Below, one piece after another: positions 49,095 to 58,758 of a stretch of DNA of 64,000 nt. Made by a program: the position numbers and the translations under genes. The stretch comes from Candidatus Latescibacterota bacterium. GTDB taxonomy: Bacteria > Latescibacterota > UBA2968 > UBA8231. How positions within the stretch are numbered: position 1 is the stretch's first letter; each line of letters starts with the position of its first letter. Under the pieces are notes generated by a model. It made no database searches. It was not told the origin of the DNA and saw only the letters and a program-made list of their open reading frames with translations. The DNA lies in the NCBI GenBank assembly GCA_964291625.2, contig OZ220089.1, forward strand, positions 512,001-576,000. Direction: 5' to 3'.

Positions 49095-49610
49095 ATGAGA
49101 CTTCAGGCAGCAGGCCGCCCCCGTACCTGGACACCGACCCTGCTCGTGCCCCTGACCCTGCTCTTCCTGGGCTGCGGCGACGACGAGGCCCCGACCGAGC
49201 CGGAACCCTCCCCGCCGGATGCCGAGGAGGCCGCCCGGGCGCAGGCGCAGGCGCTCTTCACCAGCCTCGAGCCGGTGGTCGGCAAGGCCCTGGAGCTGAT
49301 GCTCACCGGGGGCGGCACCCTCGAGGGCGAGCAGGGAACCCTCACCGTCGCCGGCAGCACGATGACCCTGGAGTCGTTCTCGGCCGACGGCCAGCTCGTC
49401 CTCGACGGCGAGCTGGTCCTCGACCTTCTCGCCCAACCCGTGACCTTGAAGGGGGACCTGGAGGCCAGCGGGCTGGAGGGCCGGGAAGGCTCGGTGCCCG
49501 TCGAGGTGGACGTCACCATCGACACTTCCACCGACCCGCGGACCTACGGAGGTACCGTGACCATCGGCGAGGACGTGTACGACCTCGACGAGTTGTTCGC
49601 CGAGGAGTAG
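49095..49610 (+). CDS. Hypothetical lipoprotein
   Basis: AAAGGA RBS; LLFLG-C lipobox; acidic, beta-rich body. Confidence 0.7.
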   Translation: MRLQAAGRPRTWTPTLLVPLTLLFLGCGDDEAPTEPEPSPPDAEEAARAQAQALFTSLEPVVGKALELMLTGGGTLEGEQGTLTVAGSTMTLESFSADGQLVLDGELVLDLLAQPVTLKGDLEASGLEGREGSVPVEVDVTIDTSTDPRTYGGTVTIGEDVYDLDELFAEE

Positions 49611-49653
49611 CAGGCTGACAGGGGCGGCGCGAGCGGCTCCTCCCACCGGATTC

Positions 49654-49696
49654 GGAGACCCCTCGGAAGGCCGTGCGCGCCTCCCGAGGGGTCTCC
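49654..49696. repeat. Strong inverted repeat (terminator- or REP-like hairpin)
   Basis: GGAGACCCCTCGGAAGGC-7 nt-GCCTCCCGAGGGGTCTCC; 17 of 18 positions pair. Confidence 0.7.
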
Positions 49697-49856
49697 CGCG
49701 ATGTTGCTCCCCATTCCGCCCGGGGGTACCTTCAGCGGCTCCAACCCCGGCGGTCGAGCGCGCCAAGGTGACGCCCGTCGACAACCTCCGGACCTCCGGT
49801 GACAAGGCCTGCCGACCGGCCTCCAGCAGACCGGGGATGAGACCTCGCCCGCTACC

Positions 49857-52800
49857 GTGCCCCCACCACTGAATCTCCAGGGCCTTCCCCTCCGGCTCGT
49901 CGACCACCACGGGCCCGCGGGGATCTGCCGCGGCCGGCGAGGTCCCGGGGAGATCCTGGCCGATGGTTCCCTGGCCTTCGGCTCCCGCCCCTTTGCCGAC
50001 ACCTCCGTCACCGTCCCCGAAGACGCCGGTCCCGAGGCGGCCCTGGCGGCCCGGCTGTGCGAGCGGGCGGCCCGCCTGGTCTCCCGGCGCTTCGAGGGCG
50101 ACACCCATCTGACCGAGCTGGCCTCGGGTCTCGCCGGCAGCGAGTGGCCGCTGGCCCTGTGCCGCGGCCACGAGCGCCTCCTCGACTTCGACGGCCGGCG
50201 CCTGTGGCTGGCGGCCGACGCCATGGCCGCCCTCGGCCTCGGACTGGAGGCAAAGGACGACCTGAGCGCCGAGGTGCCCGAGCGCCTGCGCGGCTTCGAG
50301 CTCCTCCTCGCCCTCGGGCTCTTCGGCCAGCTCGACGTGGTCCGCGGCGCCTCCCTGCGCCAGGCCCTGCACTGGGTCGTCGACCTCTACGGCCGCCTGG
50401 GGCGGCCGGACCAGGCCGTGCTCCTGGCCCTGCTCGAGGGCCCCGGAGAACTCGACGCCGGCAACCTGTTCTCCTCCTTCCTCCGCCGGGGGAGCCGCGA
50501 GGAGATCGTCGGCCGCGACCGCTGGATCACCTGGATCCTCGGCCAGGACCGCCTCGACCTGCCCTACGACCGCCGGGCGGCGGGCGAGATCCTCGACAGC
50601 GACGCCGACGTGGACGACAAGCGCCTGCTCCTCTACGGGGTGCTGCGCGACTACGACCGCGACCTGGAGGCGGAGAACATCCGCCGCCTCTCCCGCGAGA
50701 TCCGTTCCGCCGGACAGGAGCTGGTCTTCGGCCGCATGAGCCGCGCCTTCCATAACCAGGGGGCGCTCTTCGCCGATGCCGTGCGCCTCACCCCGACGCC
50801 GGCCTGGAAGCCCCTGGCCGAGGAGGCCTGGGCCGCCGCCGACGGGGCCGCGGCGCTGCAGTCTCCGGCGCTGGAACTGCGCCTGCTGCTGGAGGCGGGC
50901 CGGCCGGTCTCCCTGATCCAGATGGAGGGCGCCTGCGAGCGCTACGAGGAGGCCGCCCTCGACGCCCAGCGCGACGACCTGATGCAGGGCCTGCGTCGGG
51001 CCCGGGCCCTCGTGGAGGACCACGGCGACGAGCTGGCCGGCCCCCGGCGGACGGCCCTCGACGTCGATTCGGTGAGCGGCCTCGTGCGCCGGCGCCTCGG
51101 GCTTGTGGAGCGGGTGCGCGCGGAGCTGCTGCGCTCCCCCGCCGCCAACGCCGCCTACGTCGTCATCAGCCAGCGCCCCTCCCCCACCGGCTCCCACCTG
51201 CTGGTGAAGATCAACGAGTTCGAGGAGCCCTACCTGGGCAAGGCCGACAACCTGACGAAGCTGGCGCGCCTCGCCGGCGACCGCCTCTACTCGAGCCCCG
51301 ACTACCGCTGGCTGGAGGTCGCCGACCACTGGATCGAGGCCATCCCCCTGTTCATCAAGGAGGAGGTCCTGGTCGACGACGAGGGCGTCGAGTCGACGCG
51401 CACGGTGATCGACATCGACGGCATGGAGGAGTCCTTCCGCGAGGAGATGGCCGACCACTGGGCCGCGAACCTGCGCGACGTGGCCGACTCGGAGTGCGTC
51501 TCCGCTGCCCGCTGGCTCCTGTGCCGGGAGACCGGAGCCGACGGGGACGAGGCCGCCGCCCTCGACTGGGCGCGCGCCTCGGACGGCGACCTTTGCGGCG
51601 ACATCGCCTGCGCCGCCGCCCTCGTGTCCCGCCTGGCCGCCGAGAACGCCGGCGATCTGCGCCGCCGCATCGAGGGCGAGGAGGAGGAGCCCTTCGAAGC
51701 CCTGTGCGCCCTGTTGTCGGCTTGGCGCGCCGAGCCCGGCTCGAGTCTGGCCAGGGCCCTGGCCCGGTCCCGCGACGAGCCCTGGTCCGCCCTCGTCGAT
51801 CTGGAGGCCGAGGTCGGCGAGTCCCGCGCCCGCTCCCTCCGCGCCAGGGCCCTCGAGCCCCGGCGGCCTCTGCCGGTGCTGCACGTGCTCACCACCCAGT
51901 CCGCGGGCATGACCGATGGCTACATCCGCACCTGGCTCGAGGAGTCGATGGCCCTGCGCAACGTCGCCGCCGACCGCGGGCTGGAGGCCGAGGTCGACGA
52001 GCGGCGGGCGTTCTACCGCCTGCGGCTGAGCGCCCTGGGCGAGCGGGTGGTCCGCGAGCTGGGCATCTGGGTCGAGGTGGAGGAAGCCGCCGCCGAGGAG
52101 GATCTCGACGAGGGCGCCGCCGTGTCCCGCGTCGTCGGCCGCAACCGCTCGGTCCAGGAGGAGGTCGCCGTCCTCGGCACCCTCATCGAGCTGGCCGAGG
52201 AACGCGGCGGCGAGCGGGAGCCCGGCGACGTGGCCGACCCGGCCGAGGTCGGGAGGCTCTGCGAGTCGGAGGACGGGGACCTGGCCCGCCAGGCCCTGGA
52301 GCGGGTGGCGGAGCGCAACGGCCGCCAGCTCGAGGAGGAGGTCGACGCCCTGAGGTCCGCCGAGCCCGCCCTCTCCCGGCCGGAGGCCCTCGTGCGGGTG
52401 GTGGAGGGCGACGAGGACTACCGCCAGGACCTGGAGAGCTTCACCCGCTTCCTGGCCCGCCGCCGCCTGGTGGACGACTGGTCCCGGCAGGCAGGCGTCG
52501 ACGGCGACGACCGGCGGCGCACCTACCTGCGCCGGTTCCAGCGGCTGGCCAAGACGACGGCCCGCAAGCAGGTGCTGCTGCGCCACGGTCTCGCCCACCT
52601 GACCCTCGACCCCGCCTACCGCTACGCCGCCGCCGGGGGCGACAAGCGCTACCACCTGCTCTACACGCCGAGCCGCGTCGACCTCGGCCACCGGGAGCGG
52701 GAGTCGGTGGAGACCTGGTCCCAGTGGGTCGGCGGCGCCGACCGCGCCTCGGCGCGCGCCGGCAGAGAGATCTACGGGCTGATCAACAAGTCGGTGCGCA

Positions 52801-55800
52801 GCTACGACAGTCTGGCCGAGCCCGAGATCCTGAAGACGGGCGAGAACGCCAGCATGGCCTCCCACTTCGCCTTCTCCAACGCCCTGTCCCTGATGGTCTC
52901 GGCCAGCGGCCACGGCGACATCGAGGAGATGGGCGACCAGATGAGCCGCCGGGGCGACCGCGTCATCCATCCGGCGGGCGAGGGCTACGGCGGCTACTGC
53001 GTGCCCAAGGACGGCCTCTTCCTCGAGTTCGTCCTCACCCTCGGCCGCGCCGAGAAGCTGCGCCAGCTCGGCGTTCCCGCCGAGCACCACGACGGGGTGG
53101 CCGGCGCCGCGGCGGAGCTCCTCGGCCGCCGCGACGAGTTCGCCACGCGCTTCGAGTGGGAGGCCTGGGCCGCCGGCGCCCTGGGCGGCGTCGACGGCCT
53201 CGGCGGGTTGTTCGCCGTCCGCGAGGGCGAGGGGGGACCCGTTCCCGTCTTCCAGATCACCCGCCTGGCGGAGGTCCTGGAGGGGCTGGGAGAGCCGGAA
53301 CCGCACGACGCCGAACGCGCCACCACGGCGCGGGTGGCGCGCTGGGGCGTGCACAAGATGGTGGCCGGCGCCGAGCACGTGAACCGCTTCATGCCCTTCT
53401 TCAAGGTCTGGCTCACGCGGCGCGCCCTGGCCGAGGCCGCCCGCCGCCACCCCGCCGCGGCGGCCGCCCCGGTGGTGGTGCTCACGGCGGAGTACAAGCC
53501 CGACACGCAGGACGGGCGGTTCGCCGCCGGCATGCGCAAGTTCGAGATCCTGTGCGGCACGGCGGACCACCTGCTCCACGCCCTGGACGCGGAAGGCCAG
53601 TCCCTGGCGGGCCTGCTGTCCGAGGGCTTCGACGGCGCCGGCCGCCGCGGACGGACGGGTCAGGCCGCCGCCGCCGCCGGCCTCGACCCCGACGATCCGT
53701 CGACGCCGGGAACCCTGCGCGAGCTCTTCCCCGAGCCGATCCGGCCGGCCGAGATCCGCGTCGTCTCCCCCACCGGCCTCTCGACCCAGGACCTGCTCGG
53801 CTACACCAGCGACACGAGCCTGGAGGCGATCGCCGAGGGCGCGCATCAGGAGCTGACCGCCGCCGGGTTCAGCGGCGCCGAGATCGAGGCCAGCCTGGCC
53901 ACCTACGGACCGCACCTGGAGCGCTGGGCCGCGGCGGCCGACATCGACGCCGGCCTCCGGGCCGACCTGTCGCGGCGGCTCTCCGGACGGCTGCACGCCC
54001 TGGCCCTGCAGGTCCTCGGTCCGGAGCGCTCCTACGAACGCGCCCTGCAGGGCGCCGACGTCCTCGACACGGGCATTCCGCACGCGGCCCTGCTGCGGAT
54101 TCTCGAGGATCCGGCGGCGGTCTGCCGCCTGATGCTGGAAGGCCATCCCGACAGCGCCCTGGTCATCGTCGACGGCGCCTCCGGGGCCCGGCGGCGCGCT
54201 CTGAACCGTCTCGACGTCATGCTCTGGTTCGCCGCCGGAGAGCGCTACGGCCGCGAGCCGGTCTACGCCGGCATCGGACTGGGGAGCCGCACGGTCGAGG
54301 GCTGGCGCCAGGCGATGCGGCGGCAACGGCGCCGCGCCCGGCGTCTGGCGGAGGCCCTGGGCGCCTCCGACGCCGGAGCCGCTGCCTCCGAGTACGGGCA
54401 GATCCTGGCCGAGGTGCGCCTCGGCCAGGAGGCGGAGCTGCAGCTGGCCGAGGTCGACAAGCTGCGCCGCTTCCAGCGCCTGCGCCGGCGCGACGAGTTG
54501 GTGGCCCGGTCCCTCGCCCGCCTCGCCGGGGGTTTGCCCCTGGAGGAGCTCAGCTTCGCCGACTTCCTCGTCCTCGGCGGCGTCTTCCTCCTCGACGGGG
54601 CCCCTGCGGAGGAGATCGACGACCGGCGGCGCGGCCTGGGTCTCGGCGCGGGGGACCCGGACTCCCGGGAGCTGGAGAGCCTGCTCCTGCACCCGGCCCG
54701 GCCCCCGGAGCTGGAGGAGTTCCGCGAGGAGAAGGGCCTGGAGAGCTCGAACAAGGCGGCCGAGGACCGTCCCGTCGCCGCCCTGGAGGCCCGCAGCCAG
54801 TTGCGGACCCGCATCCTCCGGGCCCGGGCCCTCCACGAGCGGCGCCGCGGCGCCGAGTCCGTCGACGGCCGGCCCGCTTCCTTCGAAGAGGCCCGGGCCG
54901 CGGCCTTCGAGGTCCTGGGAGACCACGGCACCGTTACCGACGCGGCCTTCGGCGCCTTCATCGCCCATGCCCGCACCGCTCTGTCGGCCCTCGTGAGCGA
55001 GCAGTACGACGAGGGCCAGGCGGACGACGCCCAGCGCTTCCTCGACAACCTGTCGCAGTTGTTCCTCGGTCACCAGATCGACCCGGAGGACTGGCGCCGG
55101 ATCGCCGGCGGCTACGAGGACGTGGGCGACTTCGGACGCCTGGCGCAGGCCGTGGTCGAGCGCGAGGGGGCCGGCGCCGCCGGCCACGGCCTGCGCCAGG
55201 TGGCGGCCGGGGCCGAGCTGTTCTACATCCTCCTGGCGGTGGAGACGACCCTGCCCTACACCCGGCAAGGGGCTCCTCCCGACCCCGAGGGACTCTGGCG
55301 CTCCCTGGCGGACTTCTTCGCCGAGACCATAGACGACCACTTCCACGAGTACCGGCCCTGGGTCTACTCCCGGGGAGTCGGCTTCGCCTCGTACTCGGGC
55401 GATTCCCTCTACGAGCTGGCCGTCGAGCACCACCGATGGCTGGGGCGCCATCTGCGCGGCGTCGTGGCCCATCACACCGAACTGGCTGGCCGGACCTCGG
55501 AGGACCAGGACCTGCTTCTGGGGCGGCATGAGGGGGATGCCGCCGCCGACCCCATCGGCGTCACCGCCGCCTCCGGGCCGGAGCGGCGCTGGCGGGCCTA
55601 CGGACAGCTGCGCGAGCTCGCCTTCATGCGCAACGACGGCTTCCCCATCCCCCCCGTGTTCGCCGAGTTCGATCCCGGCCTGATCGACGCCGACCGGCGA
55701 GTCAACCACCTGATCGCCCTGCCCGTGGGCCGCACCCACTACTCACGGGCCCTGGTCGAGGGGCCGACCCTGTCCCGGGAGCTGACCGCCGCCGGACGGC

Positions 55801-57275
55801 CCGGGACCAACCTGATCATCAGCCGCGGCGTCGACCTCGTGGACGATCCGGGGGCCGGCCGGCCCGTCGTGCAGATCCGTTCCGGCCACCTCTACGTCTC
55901 CCGGGAGGAGTACGCCGCCGCCCTGGTCCGCCACCGCGGTCTCGACGCGGAGTCGGCTCGCGAGCGGGCCGAGGCCGAGGGCACGCCCAAGGGGGTCCGC
56001 CTGGCCGTGCGCTTCACGCGCCCCCTGACGGCGGCCGTCGTCTACCCCTTCCACGGGGATCCCCGGTACCACCAGGGGCGCCTGGAGGACTGCGGCCTGC
56101 CCTACTCGGTGCAGTCCCTGTTCCACACCTGGACCACCTACGACAAGGCCAAGTACCCCGACATCTTCGACGAGACCACCGGCGTCGACGTGCCCCACGA
56201 GATCGACTGGCTCGCCGCCGACACCCGGCGCGCGCCCTCCGAGAGCGTCGCCAGGAACTGGATCGAGAACGGGCTCGATGGCTCGGACTACCCGGGGCTG
56301 CGTGAGTTCGCCCGCCGTCACCGCCTGGTGATGATCAAGGACGCCGCCGAGTCGGGGGGCCGGAACGCCCGGGCCTTCGTCCTTCGACGGCTCGCCGCCG
56401 CCGCCGTCGACGAGGCGGAGCTGGAGCGCGCCGTCGACTTCGTCCACCAGATCAGCCTGCGCCACAACGTCGCCATCCAGGAGGTGATCCTGTCGTCGCC
56501 GGAGGCCTGGGCCACCGACGACTTCCTCGATTCCTTCGTACGCCGCCAGGTCGTCGAGTGGGGCTCCGCCGTCGAGCGCCGGCGCCGGCCGCGCTCGCCG
56601 ATCTACGGATCGCACCGGGTGATCGTCTCGTCCGACGATCCGGCCGCCGACCTCCCCCTCGAGGAGCGCTGGCACCTGTCGCACTGGATCACCCTCAACA
56701 GCAAGCAGCTGATCACCAACGTCGGCCGCGGCGGCAGCCTCGAGCGTTTCCTCCCCGAGATCGTCCAGCCCTCCTGCCGCCAGGCCCTCTTCGACGGCCT
56801 GGCCGCCGCCGCCCGCGGGGTCATGGAGGCCTTGAGCGCCTATGCCGGGCGCGGCGCCGAGGCCTACCGCCGCGACAGCGGCAGGCCGGTGGGCCGCGAC
56901 CTGACCGGACTGTCGTACGGAACGCCGCGCTACATGATGCTCGACTTCCTGGTGACGCCGCGCTTCGCCGAGGAGGGAGACCTGGTCGAGGTGAACCGCG
57001 AGCCGGGCGTCGAGCCGGTCTTCGTCCTGCAGCACGGGGACCGCCGCTTCCCGGGCACCCTGTCGGGCTGGCGCGTCGTCCTGATCGAACCCAACATCGG
57101 CGTCGGCCTGTGGGACCGCGTGGCCCTGCGCGAGGAGGCCCACGAGCGCGCCGCCAGCGAGGCCGACCGGCGGCCCTTCGACTGGGACCGGGTCGGCGAG
57201 AACGCCCGCGTCGTGCTGCGCGACCTCAGCCGCGCCGGCGAAGACTACCTGAAGGCCCTCGAAGGGCAGCGGTGA
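49857..57275 (+). CDS. Giant (2472 aa) fusion: UDP-glucose/GDP-mannose dehydrogenase-like region plus C-terminal ATP-grasp domain
   Basis: YTPSRVDLG, EILKTGEN, GEGYGGYCVPKDG, AEYKPDTQDGR, ALQGADVL, YAGIG match the UDPG/MGDP-DH order. MIKDAAESGGR, IQEVI, ITNVGRGG, LDFL, IEPN match ATP-grasp. Confidence 0.75.
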   Translation: MPPPLNLQGLPLRLVDHHGPAGICRGRRGPGEILADGSLAFGSRPFADTSVTVPEDAGPEAALAARLCERAARLVSRRFEGDTHLTELASGLAGSEWPLALCRGHERLLDFDGRRLWLAADAMAALGLGLEAKDDLSAEVPERLRGFELLLALGLFGQLDVVRGASLRQALHWVVDLYGRLGRPDQAVLLALLEGPGELDAGNLFSSFLRRGSREEIVGRDRWITWILGQDRLDLPYDRRAAGEILDSDADVDDKRLLLYGVLRDYDRDLEAENIRRLSREIRSAGQELVFGRMSRAFHNQGALFADAVRLTPTPAWKPLAEEAWAAADGAAALQSPALELRLLLEAGRPVSLIQMEGACERYEEAALDAQRDDLMQGLRRARALVEDHGDELAGPRRTALDVDSVSGLVRRRLGLVERVRAELLRSPAANAAYVVISQRPSPTGSHLLVKINEFEEPYLGKADNLTKLARLAGDRLYSSPDYRWLEVADHWIEAIPLFIKEEVLVDDEGVESTRTVIDIDGMEESFREEMADHWAANLRDVADSECVSAARWLLCRETGADGDEAAALDWARASDGDLCGDIACAAALVSRLAAENAGDLRRRIEGEEEEPFEALCALLSAWRAEPGSSLARALARSRDEPWSALVDLEAEVGESRARSLRARALEPRRPLPVLHVLTTQSAGMTDGYIRTWLEESMALRNVAADRGLEAEVDERRAFYRLRLSALGERVVRELGIWVEVEEAAAEEDLDEGAAVSRVVGRNRSVQEEVAVLGTLIELAEERGGEREPGDVADPAEVGRLCESEDGDLARQALERVAERNGRQLEEEVDALRSAEPALSRPEALVRVVEGDEDYRQDLESFTRFLARRRLVDDWSRQAGVDGDDRRRTYLRRFQRLAKTTARKQVLLRHGLAHLTLDPAYRYAAAGGDKRYHLLYTPSRVDLGHRERESVETWSQWVGGADRASARAGREIYGLINKSVRSYDSLAEPEILKTGENASMASHFAFSNALSLMVSASGHGDIEEMGDQMSRRGDRVIHPAGEGYGGYCVPKDGLFLEFVLTLGRAEKLRQLGVPAEHHDGVAGAAAELLGRRDEFATRFEWEAWAAGALGGVDGLGGLFAVREGEGGPVPVFQITRLAEVLEGLGEPEPHDAERATTARVARWGVHKMVAGAEHVNRFMPFFKVWLTRRALAEAARRHPAAAAAPVVVLTAEYKPDTQDGRFAAGMRKFEILCGTADHLLHALDAEGQSLAGLLSEGFDGAGRRGRTGQAAAAAGLDPDDPSTPGTLRELFPEPIRPAEIRVVSPTGLSTQDLLGYTSDTSLEAIAEGAHQELTAAGFSGAEIEASLATYGPHLERWAAAADIDAGLRADLSRRLSGRLHALALQVLGPERSYERALQGADVLDTGIPHAALLRILEDPAAVCRLMLEGHPDSALVIVDGASGARRRALNRLDVMLWFAAGERYGREPVYAGIGLGSRTVEGWRQAMRRQRRRARRLAEALGASDAGAAASEYGQILAEVRLGQEAELQLAEVDKLRRFQRLRRRDELVARSLARLAGGLPLEELSFADFLVLGGVFLLDGAPAEEIDDRRRGLGLGAGDPDSRELESLLLHPARPPELEEFREEKGLESSNKAAEDRPVAALEARSQLRTRILRARALHERRRGAESVDGRPASFEEARAAAFEVLGDHGTVTDAAFGAFIAHARTALSALVSEQYDEGQADDAQRFLDNLSQLFLGHQIDPEDWRRIAGGYEDVGDFGRLAQAVVEREGAGAAGHGLRQVAAGAELFYILLAVETTLPYTRQGAPPDPEGLWRSLADFFAETIDDHFHEYRPWVYSRGVGFASYSGDSLYELAVEHHRWLGRHLRGVVAHHTELAGRTSEDQDLLLGRHEGDAAADPIGVTAASGPERRWRAYGQLRELAFMRNDGFPIPPVFAEFDPGLIDADRRVNHLIALPVGRTHYSRALVEGPTLSRELTAAGRPGTNLIISRGVDLVDDPGAGRPVVQIRSGHLYVSREEYAAALVRHRGLDAESARERAEAEGTPKGVRLAVRFTRPLTAAVVYPFHGDPRYHQGRLEDCGLPYSVQSLFHTWTTYDKAKYPDIFDETTGVDVPHEIDWLAADTRRAPSESVARNWIENGLDGSDYPGLREFARRHRLVMIKDAAESGGRNARAFVLRRLAAAAVDEAELERAVDFVHQISLRHNVAIQEVILSSPEAWATDDFLDSFVRRQVVEWGSAVERRRRPRSPIYGSHRVIVSSDDPAADLPLEERWHLSHWITLNSKQLITNVGRGGSLERFLPEIVQPSCRQALFDGLAAAARGVMEALSAYAGRGAEAYRRDSGRPVGRDLTGLSYGTPRYMMLDFLVTPRFAEEGDLVEVNREPGVEPVFVLQHGDRRFPGTLSGWRVVLIEPNIGVGLWDRVALREEAHERAASEADRRPFDWDRVGENARVVLRDLSRAGEDYLKALEGQR

Positions 57276-58756
57276 GCGGCGACGACCGGCATCTCGAGGT
57301 CGCCTGGACCCGGGCCTGCGACGGCCTCGGCATCGGCCGCGGGACCCCCCTGGCGGCGAGCGAGGCCAGCGTCCTGCTCAAGTATCTCATCTCCGAACGC
57401 GCCTCGGTCCCGGATGGGACGGACTGCTGTGCCCGCGACCGCTGCCGCCGCGCCTGGGTGGGGTGGATGGCCGCCGGCGCCGAAGACCTCGACCGGGCCC
57501 TGAGACCGGGGGCGGCGCCGGCCGTGCGCGGAGTTCTGGAATCGGACGCGGAGTACGCCGGCCGCATCATCGACCTCGCCGTGGCCGACCTCGTGAGCGA
57601 GCCCATGGCTCCGGAGGTCTGCATCGAGACGGTACCCCTCGGCGGGCTTCCCCCCGGTGGGCGCTGGAACCACGCCGTGATCTTCGCCTCCGCCCCCCTG
57701 ATCACCCACGAGATCTATCCCCTGGCCGCCGACGCCTGCGTCCATGACGCCCGCGCCGGAGGGCCCTTCTACCGGGTCCTCGGCGTTCACGGAGACTGGC
57801 TGTCCAATGGCCGCGCCCGCCGGGTCCTGTGGCTCGACGCCGAGCGCGACCGGTTCTCCGAGGCCGCCCTCTCCGAGCCGGTCCGCCTGCACTCGGCGCA
57901 ACTGCTCGCCCTCGGACCGCAGCAGACGAGCTGCCACCTGGTCTGGGCCCGACGCCTGACCTGCCCCCTGGTCAACCCGGGCCCCCCCTCGGCCACGGCC
58001 GACGACAAGCACGGCCTCTCCCGGCGGTGGGGCGACGCCGGTCTCGAGGTGCCCGCGGGAGTCCTGGTGGCCCCGGGCCACCGCCTCGCCGCCCGGGACT
58101 TCCTGCACCGCACCGGGGAGATCGTGGTCAAGCCCAACGACGGCACCGAGGGACAGGGAGTGCGCTACTTGTCGGCCTCGGCGCCGGAGGCCGAGGACCT
58201 CCTGGACGCCCAGCTCAGCGCCTGCTGGGAGTGGGGTCCGGCGCGCCTCGAGGAGCGGCGGGACGGAATCGTCTGGCGGGATCCGGAGACCGGCAGTTGC
58301 CACAGCCTGGCCATCCGCCTGCACGTGGCCGCCGGCGCCGCGGGTCTGCGGGCCGAGTCCGGATACGCCCTGGTGGGAGCCGGCGTCGACACCCCCGCCA
58401 CCCGCGGGGCCGGGGGCCGCATGCGCCCCTTGCAGAGCGTCACCTCCTCGCTGGCCCTGCGCGCCAGCGGCGCCGGCATCGCCTTCGGCGGCGCCGACCT
58501 GGAAAGGACGAGAAGGCTGGCGGAGGCGGCCTCCGGCATCGTCGGCGGCATCGGCCTCAGCGGGGTCGACCTGGTCCTCGACGCCACCCCGGCGGGAGAG
58601 CTGGTGCCGGTGCTGCTCGAGCTCAACCCCCGCCCCGCCGGCCTGGCCCACGCCCGCTTCCTCCCCGGCTCCGGGGAGGGACGGATCGAAGCGGGTGTCT
58701 CGCTGGATGTGTGGGACGGCCTGGCCGCGCTCTGCCGGAAGACCACCGCCGAGTGA
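57272..58756 (+). CDS. ATP-grasp ligase (RimK-like) with N-terminal extension
   Basis: GTGA overlap; ADDK, VVKPNDGTEGQGV, GVDLVL, LELNPRPAG. Confidence 0.75.
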   Translation: MSGDDRHLEVAWTRACDGLGIGRGTPLAASEASVLLKYLISERASVPDGTDCCARDRCRRAWVGWMAAGAEDLDRALRPGAAPAVRGVLESDAEYAGRIIDLAVADLVSEPMAPEVCIETVPLGGLPPGGRWNHAVIFASAPLITHEIYPLAADACVHDARAGGPFYRVLGVHGDWLSNGRARRVLWLDAERDRFSEAALSEPVRLHSAQLLALGPQQTSCHLVWARRLTCPLVNPGPPSATADDKHGLSRRWGDAGLEVPAGVLVAPGHRLAARDFLHRTGEIVVKPNDGTEGQGVRYLSASAPEAEDLLDAQLSACWEWGPARLEERRDGIVWRDPETGSCHSLAIRLHVAAGAAGLRAESGYALVGAGVDTPATRGAGGRMRPLQSVTSSLALRASGAGIAFGGADLERTRRLAEAASGIVGGIGLSGVDLVLDATPAGELVPVLLELNPRPAGLAHARFLPGSGEGRIEAGVSLDVWDGLAALCRKTTAE

Positions 58757-58758
58757 GC

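Noticed and set aside
48987-55739. 2250-aa minus-strand ORF
   Set aside because: Antisense shadow of the giant gene, caused by GC-rich codon bias; no motifs and it overlaps real genes.
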